Assembly (NCBI GenBank): GCA_047602425.1
Contig: JASGHG010000001.1
Coordinates: 5,024,001 to 5,088,000 of the forward strand
Source of the DNA: Nibricoccus sp.
Lineage (GTDB): Bacteria; Verrucomicrobiota; Verrucomicrobiia; Opitutales; Opitutaceae
Direction: 5' to 3'
Length of the DNA stretch: 64,000 nucleotides
Shown here: positions 58,201-64,000 of the stretch, piece by piece
How the letters are laid out: the number at the start of each line of letters is the position of its first letter
How positions within the stretch are numbered: position 1 is the first letter of the stretch
The notes under the pieces: generated by a model
What the model was told of the DNA's origin: nothing
The model's input: only the letters and a program-made list of their open reading frames with translations
Databases searched by the model: none
Made by a program: the position numbers and the translations under genes

Positions 58201-60841
58201 CGCGCTCAATCTCGGTACCGGCGCCGTGAACGCCGCGCTCAACACCCGCCTCAACATTTCCGGCGGCACGTTCGCCACCACAGGCTTGGTCAGCGCCTCC
58301 TCTGGCCAGGTAATCATTGATGGCGGCTCCGCCACCATCGGCAGTTTCCGCACCAACTCTGATTTCGGTTCCGCCCTCCGCGTCAGCAGCGGCACGCTCG
58401 TGATCGGTGACGTCAACATCCGCCGCAACAGCGGCGCGCCCGCCGACTTCGGTTCAGGCTTTGTCGTCTCCGGCACGGCGATCGTCGCCGCCAACACCAT
58501 TGGCCTGGGCACACAAAACTCCACCGGTGCCATGTCGATCGAGGGTGATGCCTCTGTTGTAGCCACCGGACCAGTTACTATCGGCAATCAGGCCACCAGC
58601 GGACGCGGCGGCGCGATGCGTGTGCTCAACAATGCCACGTTCACCTCAACCGACACCGCTCTCGGCGTGCTCCTTTGCCGGAACAACGGCGCCAATGCCA
58701 ACAACGTCGCCAGCGCGACCTTCACCGGCGGCCTCAGCATCGTGGAAAAATTCACCCTCGGCTTCGACGCCAATGTCAATGCCGGCTCCGCCACGCTCAC
58801 GCTCAACGGCGGCGCGCTCTACCTCGGCAGCGGCGGCATCGTGAAAAATGGCGCCGCAGGTCTCGTCACCGCGCTCAACTTCAGCAGCGGCATCCTCGGC
58901 GCCAAGTCAGATTGGTCCACCGCGCTCAACATCAATCTCCCGAGCGGCGGCAACGTCGCCATCAAGACAGCCGATGCCGCCAATGCGCCGTTCAACATCT
59001 CGCTCAACGGCATCGTCAGCGGCGCAGGCGGCCTCACTAAAACCGGTGCAGGCACCCTAACACTCGACGGCGGAGGTACGCACACTTACACCGGCACGAC
59101 CACCATCAACGCCGGCACGCTCCGCGTCACCAGCGCGCTCGGCACCGCAACCAATAGCGTCGTCATCAACAGTACCGGCACCCTCGCAGGCAGCGGCACG
59201 ATCAATCGTCCCATCACGCTCAACAACGGCGGCAACGTTTCACCCGCCGGCTTCGCCTCGCTCGGAACTTTGACGGGCACGTCGCTCACTTGGAATGGCG
59301 GCGGCGCCCTCGCCTTCGACCTCGGCGCCAATGGCGTTTCCGATCTGCTCGTCTTGGGCGGCGCGCTCGCCAAGGGCTCCGACACCGGCTGGACCCTCGC
59401 GCTCAACGCCACCGAACCACTCGCTCACGGTAACAGCTACACCGTGGCGAACTTCGCCTCAACGACGTTCATCACCGGCGACTTCACCGTCACCGGCCTG
59501 CCCGATGGTTTTGCCGGCTCAGCCTCGGTCGACGCCAGTGCGCTACGCGTCTCCATCGTCGCACGCCCGGTGATCACCAGCGCCATTTCCGCCGGAGGCA
59601 CCTTTGGCGACGCGTTCAGCTACTCGATCACCGCGAGCAACGATCCCACGAGCTTCAGCGCCTCCGGCCTACCGCCCGGCCTCACGCTTGATTCCGCCAC
59701 CGGCGTAATTTCGGGCATACTCGACGCCGCCGGCACCTTCAACGTCACGCTCGGCGCCACCAACCTCGCCGGCACCGGCACAACCGTGCTTACGCTAACC
59801 ATCGCACCGCTGCCCATCACACTGAGTTTCGGCAACGGCTCGCCTGGCAATCCGCTGCGGCTGTCGTACGACGGCACGGCCAAGACTCCCGTCATCACGA
59901 CCAACCCGCCCGGCCTGCCCGTCACGTTCACCTACAACGGCAACAGCATACCGCCCACCCTGCCAGGCACCTATGAGGTCGTCGCCACTGTCGCCGATCC
60001 AAACTATACCGGCAGCGTCACTGGCACACTCGTGATTTCGATCACCGCCCTCGTGCGCCACGCCCCCGTGCTTAACGGCGACCTGGATGGCTCCGCGCAA
60101 ATGCTCACTGCTGAAAACGTCACCGTGAATGGCAGCGGGTATGTCTCTGGCGACTTGTTGGCGCCCGGCACACCGACGTTGCGGCTCAACGGCCATCCGA
60201 CCTTCGCCGGCACACAAGACGCCACCGGCGCCGAAACGCCGACCGGCTACACCGTCACGCTCAACGGCAATGCCGTGCTGCGCTACCTGGTTCGCCGCGT
60301 CGATCCGCTCGCCATGCCTGTCGTCAACGCGCCGCCTCAGCCTACCGGTACGCGCTCTGTCTCGATCAATCGCGCCGGCCAGTCTCCAGGGGACTTCGCC
60401 ACGATCCGCAACCTCACGCTCAATGGAAACGTCGGCCTCGTCACCCTGCCCGCAGGCACCTACGGCAGCGTGATCGCCAATGGCGGCAGCGGCTTCATCC
60501 TCGGCGTCGAAGGCGCAACCGAGCCCTCAGTCTACAACATCCACAACCTCACGCTCAACGGAAACAGTCAGCTTGAGGTCGTCGGGCCCGTGACGCTCGT
60601 GCTTGCCAATGGCACTTCCGCCAACTCCTCGCAACTGGGTAACGTCATGCATCCTGAATGGTTGATCGTCCACGTAGCCGCCGGCGGCTTCGTGCTCAAT
60701 GGCAACAGCAGCCTCAGCGGCTACGTCGTCGCGCCAAACGGCACGATCACGATCAACGGCAACAGCACGCTGACCGGTGAAGTGATCTCCGACCGTTTAA
60801 CCATCAACGGCAGCGGAGCACTGCAACAGGCTGTTCCGTAG
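55202..60841 (+). CDS. Secreted rhamnogalacturonan lyase (PL4, RhgB-like) with Ig-like, passenger beta-strand repeat, He_PIG/MBG-like and C-terminal beta-helix domains
   Basis: Signal peptide; AFG...VDTGAGL.F.V...GDITS, SHIASGLG, IYMAT, GELRWITRL, TRSKYY, ESSSGGPFFRDI, YMNSGH.QTE, IGEWDGTP, GTYRGNN; LTKAGAGTLVL repeats; FSASGLPPGL. Confidence 0.9.
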   Translation: MPTPPTTNKLSAVCAAFFLCLVSTFLFVPNAAYAAFGLTDNATTYGVDTGAGLTFLVNKANGDITSIVFNGVEYRSTTGRFSHIASGLGSATTVSANSDGSSFVKITIQTSPTNGVVASLTQYLVVRNGENTIYMATYTTAEPGVGELRWITRLNSDLIPNGPKPSELRSTTGAIESSDVFGVADGTTRSKYYGDSITHGKDRAMDLTYCGATGPGIGCWMVYGNRESSSGGPFFRDIQNQGGTDQEIYNYMNSGHNQTEPYRVDNVLHGPYALVFTTGATPTLPMDFSWMESLGLNGWIPASGRGTVSGTAMGVPAGFQGVVGFSNATAQYWAVIDAAGNYTCSGMKPGTYEATLYKGELEVATDTATVTAGATTTLNLVSAEATPSTIFRIGEWDGTPAGMLNADKITQMHPQDVRNSPWGPVTFNAGVDAPSSFPAIQFRGANSPSTIKFTLAPNQITDLTLRIGITCAYNGGRPQITVNSFTSAAPGASSQPSSRSFTIGTYRGNNALYTYTIPASALVVGTNTLTINPISGTSDLGTWLSAGWVYDSIELAGPIATPIIKYAGSSPLVVSGTAESGRNVTVLLDGATVLGTAVVAADGTWSVTYGSSLPVGTHTFTAIASDNTGHNSPASAPLAFNASVAMPAIVAALGDTGTYGNGASTSDRVFSFTGTASPGDTISLIRVGTGVVGSAVTSASGNWSVDYTSVSLPDGLNSFYATASSSSGTSLSSAFFSLNLAGPPRISITRQTPSFATIPNNIAGVVFRVTFNHAVNNVTPAAFELAGTGTAAGNIASVSASSGSVFDVAVNNLTGGGNLHLVLKAANGVTDANGNPESGYTAGEAYTLVITSFGSGTWILPESGGLWSYALNWQGAVIADGATSSANFATLNPTANITVRLDSPRTLTSATFGDTDVASAASWTVDNNGNAANTLTLAGASPTLTVNTLGTGATTTIGAGLAGTTGLTKAGAGTLVLSGQSTLTGPLNINAGFLQLAPGAALNLGTGAVNAALNTRLNISGGTFATTGLVSASSGQVIIDGGSATIGSFRTNSDFGSALRVSSGTLVIGDVNIRRNSGAPADFGSGFVVSGTAIVAANTIGLGTQNSTGAMSIEGDASVVATGPVTIGNQATSGRGGAMRVLNNATFTSTDTALGVLLCRNNGANANNVASATFTGGLSIVEKFTLGFDANVNAGSATLTLNGGALYLGSGGIVKNGAAGLVTALNFSSGILGAKSDWSTALNINLPSGGNVAIKTADAANAPFNISLNGIVSGAGGLTKTGAGTLTLDGGGTHTYTGTTTINAGTLRVTSALGTATNSVVINSTGTLAGSGTINRPITLNNGGNVSPAGFASLGTLTGTSLTWNGGGALAFDLGANGVSDLLVLGGALAKGSDTGWTLALNATEPLAHGNSYTVANFASTTFITGDFTVTGLPDGFAGSASVDASALRVSIVARPVITSAISAGGTFGDAFSYSITASNDPTSFSASGLPPGLTLDSATGVISGILDAAGTFNVTLGATNLAGTGTTVLTLTIAPLPITLSFGNGSPGNPLRLSYDGTAKTPVITTNPPGLPVTFTYNGNSIPPTLPGTYEVVATVADPNYTGSVTGTLVISITALVRHAPVLNGDLDGSAQMLTAENVTVNGSGYVSGDLLAPGTPTLRLNGHPTFAGTQDATGAETPTGYTVTLNGNAVLRYLVRRVDPLAMPVVNAPPQPTGTRSVSINRAGQSPGDFATIRNLTLNGNVGLVTLPAGTYGSVIANGGSGFILGVEGATEPSVYNIHNLTLNGNSQLEVVGPVTLVLANGTSANSSQLGNVMHPEWLIVHVAAGGFVLNGNSSLSGYVVAPNGTITINGNSTLTGEVISDRLTINGSGALQQAVP

Positions 60842-60917
60842 ACATTCTCAACCGGTAAATTCCGGTTGAACTTCAGAACAATGCCCGTGGTCGGTACAGC
60901 CACGGGCATTTCAATTT

Positions 60918-61745
60918 TCACTGCACTTCTCGGCCCAACTGCGGCCGAAGCCACTCCATCATGTGGCAATTGATCGCCCAAAGATCGGCGATCGGCGCGC
61001 GCGTTTGCGGCAGCAAAGTCATGTACGGCGCCGGACCGAACTCAGGACAAACCGGCAACATCACACAACCTTCCTCTCGACGGTGAGTCACGATGCGTCG
61101 CCACCAGCCCAGATGCGCCTCAAGGTTCTTTTCCCACAATGAATCGCGCGGGTCGGTGATTTGGGGGCCTTCGGCATGGCCCACTCTCGCGTGAATCGCA
61201 TAACTGTTTTTCGTCGCACGTTCGACGCGTTCCACCTGATCTTCGAGCAAAGATTCGTGCACACAGCACCAATGGGAAAAATCCGCCGTGAGCCGCAGTC
61301 CCGGGCGCTCGTTCAAAATCTGCATCGTTTGCGGAGCGCTGAACAACGCCCGTCCGCGGTGCGTTTCGTGATAAACCGTCATACCATGTGCGTCCGCCAA
61401 CGCCGTCGCGCGATCGAAAATCGCCAGATTTTCTGCGAGCGTGAAATGGTCGCAACCCGTGTGGGAATTCAGATACAGCGGTTTCAGCAGCAACGCGCGT
61501 TCATAAAGTTTTTCGAAGCTGGCCATGTGCTCTGCAGCATTTCGACCGCGGCTTTGCCACTGCTGAGCCACAACCGCGAGCCCGAGTTCGTCGAGCTTTT
61601 CTCTCGCGCGCTTGCAGTCGTCGACCGTGTCTGGCACCGCCACTTCAACACCGTCGAATCCTCCATCCTTGATCCGGGTAAAACGCTCCGCCAACGTCGG
61701 CAGGTCTTCCAAGCCCCAGATCGAGCGAAAAAAGAGAATTTTCAT
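60918..61745 (-). CDS. Sugar phosphate isomerase/epimerase (xylose-isomerase-like TIM barrel)
   Basis: GFDGVE, NSHTG.D, HETHRGR, TADFSHWCCVHES, HARVG, PEFGP.PY. Confidence 0.9.
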   Translation of the reverse strand: MKILFFRSIWGLEDLPTLAERFTRIKDGGFDGVEVAVPDTVDDCKRAREKLDELGLAVVAQQWQSRGRNAAEHMASFEKLYERALLLKPLYLNSHTGCDHFTLAENLAIFDRATALADAHGMTVYHETHRGRALFSAPQTMQILNERPGLRLTADFSHWCCVHESLLEDQVERVERATKNSYAIHARVGHAEGPQITDPRDSLWEKNLEAHLGWWRRIVTHRREEGCVMLPVCPEFGPAPYMTLLPQTRAPIADLWAINCHMMEWLRPQLGREVQ

Positions 61746-61760
61746 CGTGCAAGTATCCAC

Positions 61761-62096
61761 TCACACGATACGCAGGAACACGCGGCCATCCTCGACCTTC
61801 ACTTCGTAGGTCTTGAGATCCACGCAAACGGGTGCTCCCTGCGCCTTGCCAGTCGTGAAGTCGAAGCGACCGTTGTGCTTTGGACACTCGATCAGGTTAT
61901 CCATCACCAAACCACCCGCCAGATGCACTCTCGCGTGAGTGCAAAGTCCATCGGTCGCGTAGTACCTGTCGTCAGCCGTGCGGTAGAGCGCAAATGTCCG
62001 GCCGGCATGATCAAAACGAAATACGTCTTCGGGTTCGATTTCGTTGGCAAGGCAAGCGGCGGTCCAGCCGGTATCGGGGGCTTCTTGGGGATTCAT
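61761..62096 (-). CDS. MocE-family Rieske 2Fe-2S ferredoxin
   Basis: ATDGLCTH...HLA.GLVM...IECPKHNGRFD. Confidence 0.9.
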   Translation of the reverse strand: MNPQEAPDTGWTAACLANEIEPEDVFRFDHAGRTFALYRTADDRYYATDGLCTHARVHLAGGLVMDNLIECPKHNGRFDFTTGKAQGAPVCVDLKTYEVKVEDGRVFLRIV

Positions 62097-62117
62097 GTTA
62101 GTTCTGGAGAGAGTCGT

Positions 62118-63203
62118 TCAGGCACCGTTGGCCAGTTCAGTCGGCATCGCGCCTTCGAGCGGTTTTGCCGAAGGCGGCAGTTCGCGTTTGACGTAGTAAT
62201 ATGGGTCCTTGGCCTGTTTCAGCAACGCGGGGATGATTTCGCGATAGGCTTCGATGAGACTGTTGTATGGCTTCGGCGTGTCGGCTTTTATTTCCGCATG
62301 CAATGCCGGTAGCGCATGGTACGGCACCATTGGAAACATATGATGCTCCAAATGGTAGTTCATGTTCCAATAGATGAAGCGAAAGACCGGATTGATATAA
62401 ACCGTGCGACAATTGAGGCGATGATCGAGCACGTCTTCGGCCAGGCCGGCATGCTGCGTCAGGCCGAAAATCACGAGCAGCCAGGCGCCATAAATCGTCG
62501 GCAAGCCGACCAACATCAATGGGAGCAGGCTTTTCGTAACGATCGCGCAAACCACCACCGCAGTAAAAATCAACGCCCAGATGCGCGCCACGCGAAACAC
62601 CTTCGGCCATTCCGATTCAGGGATGTAGGTTTTTTCTTCCGTGGTAAGCCGGCCAAAACAATGCAGAAAAATCTTTTTAAACTCAGCTTTCGCACTCATC
62701 AGGCTGAAAAAGTTCAGTGCGAGGCCCAGGAAATCCGGCGGACGCGGCACGGCGATTTCCGGGTCGCGTCCCACAATAATCGTATCGGTGTGATGCCGCG
62801 TGTGGCTCCAGCGCCACGGCACCGACTCGCGCAACACCATGAACGACGCCATTTCGTAAACCACATCATTCATCCAGGTTGTCTTGAAGGCCGTACGGTG
62901 CCCGCATTCGTGCCAGCGTGAATCCGAGGCCGAACAATAAAGCACGCCATAAACGAGAAAGAAGGGCGCGCACCACCATGAACCCCAAAAATAACAACCG
63001 AAACCGCCTGTGATCGCCAACCCGGCGAACCAGATCAGCGTATCGCGAATCGCCGGGCCATCCCGGCGTTGCATCAATTCCTTGAGTCGCTTGCGCGGAA
63101 TCGGACAGGCATACCAGTCAGCAGAGGCAAGGCCTTGTTCTTCGGCATGCTTGCTGTCGAGGCCGACCAAACTGTAGTCGCGGCGGGTGATCGTGGAGGA
63201 CAT
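62118..63203 (-). CDS. MocD-like membrane non-heme di-iron oxygenase (fatty acid desaturase family)
   Basis: His boxes HECGH, HTRHH, QH, NYHLEHH; RDYSLVG N-terminus; adjacent to the MocE-like ferredoxin. Confidence 0.88.
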   Translation of the reverse strand: MSSTITRRDYSLVGLDSKHAEEQGLASADWYACPIPRKRLKELMQRRDGPAIRDTLIWFAGLAITGGFGCYFWGSWWCAPFFLVYGVLYCSASDSRWHECGHRTAFKTTWMNDVVYEMASFMVLRESVPWRWSHTRHHTDTIIVGRDPEIAVPRPPDFLGLALNFFSLMSAKAEFKKIFLHCFGRLTTEEKTYIPESEWPKVFRVARIWALIFTAVVVCAIVTKSLLPLMLVGLPTIYGAWLLVIFGLTQHAGLAEDVLDHRLNCRTVYINPVFRFIYWNMNYHLEHHMFPMVPYHALPALHAEIKADTPKPYNSLIEAYREIIPALLKQAKDPYYYVKRELPPSAKPLEGAMPTELANGA

Positions 63204-63271
63204 GAAAAGCAGGGGTTACCGGCGTGGGCCGGAGGGGTGATGTTGCCACAACGTCGCTCATTATGGGCAGT

Positions 63272-63301
63272 TCGCAAAAATTGTTGTGCATTATTTTGCG
63301 A
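63272..63301. promoter_or_regulatory. Inverted repeat in the divergent promoter region
   Basis: TCGCAAAA-N14-TTTTGCGA between the mocD-like gene and the AraC gene. Confidence 0.3.
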
Positions 63302-63382
63302 CGTAATGGACAGAGACATCATCTGCGCATACGTTGGGCTCCCACGAGAACAGCAAAGCCACAAATCCAACTATCGATCAAA

Positions 63383-64000
63383 ATGCGACACATCGCCAAC
63401 TTTGCCCATGCGCTGCCCTTGGACGACCTGTTGTTTCAAGAACCGTTTTACGTAACCCATGCCGGTAGGGAACACGTGACTCCGCGCCAGCCCTACCCTC
63501 GCCCCGGCCATCCCTCCTACTACGGCTTTACTTGGGCCGATGGCCGCGTGCTCGGTGAATTCTGCTTGGTGCTATTGCTGAGCGGAAAAGGTGAAATCGA
63601 AACCGCTCGCGGGATGCAGACAGTGCGGGCCGGACAGGGCTTTCTTTACCAACCCGGCGAATGGCATCGCCATCGCCCCGCGCAATCCTCCGGCTGGACG
63701 GCGATGTGGATCAACTTCAACGGCAGTCTCCCGCACCGTTGGATGCGTGACGAGACCTTCCGCCTCAACAAGAATCTGATCGAAGTCGACGATCCCCGCC
63801 TTTTCCAAGGCCAGTTTCGGCAACTCGTCGGAACAATCCACGCCGCCAGCACACGCAATTCCCTGCTTTTTTCGTGGCAGGCCATTGGCCTTGTCGCTCG
63901 CTTCCTGCACGAGGTGCCGGCATCCACCCGTCCATTCGCTGCCGAACCATCAACCATCCCTTTGGTCGCCGCGGCACTGGATTTTATTTGGAGTCACAGC
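63383..64000 (+). CDS. AraC family regulator, N-terminal cupin part (runs off the window; absent from the ORF track)
   Basis: Manual translation: MRHIANFAHALP...PYPRPGHPSYYGFTWADGRVLGEFCLVLLLSGKGEIET...YQPGEWHRHRP...GWTAMWINFNG; the HTH would lie beyond the window. Confidence 0.85.
   Translation, partial: MRHIANFAHALPLDDLLFQEPFYVTHAGREHVTPRQPYPRPGHPSYYGFTWADGRVLGEFCLVLLLSGKGEIETARGMQTVRAGQGFLYQPGEWHRHRPAQSSGWTAMWINFNGSLPHRWMRDETFRLNKNLIEVDDPRLFQGQFRQLVGTIHAASTRNSLLFSWQAIGLVARFLHEVPASTRPFAAEPSTIPLVAAALDFIWSHS

Overview
GC-rich bacterial chromosomal window. The gene content (DUF5069, DUF1800/DUF1501 pair, C-terminally extended ECF sigma factor, long TonB-dependent receptor) suggests Verrucomicrobiota, probably Opitutaceae; this is inference. 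Core or household genes: alaS, hemJ, two inositol monophosphatases, a CobW GTPase, mpl, tRNA-Phe, lgt and pxpBCA. Other loci: a TetR-controlled RND efflux/reductase operon, a giant secreted PL4 rhamnogalacturonan lyase, and an AraC-linked mocDE-like oxygenase locus. An accessory, defence-like region (~23.2-35.9 kb) carries (i) a nucleotidyltransferase/small-partner pair bracketed by direct repeats, (ii) a fused type IIG restriction-modification enzyme with an apparently swapped specificity region, (iii) GIY-YIG and PIN nucleases, (iv) a Tse2-like toxin with a Tsi2-like partner bounded by attC-like remnants, and (v) an unexplained array of about 20 degenerate 21-nt repeats next to an orphan helical protein gene. 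Intergenic DNA is full of several REP-like families assembled into composite, tandemly duplicated modules. No CRISPR array, integrase or transposase was recognised. All family calls are by eye from motifs; no database searches were run.
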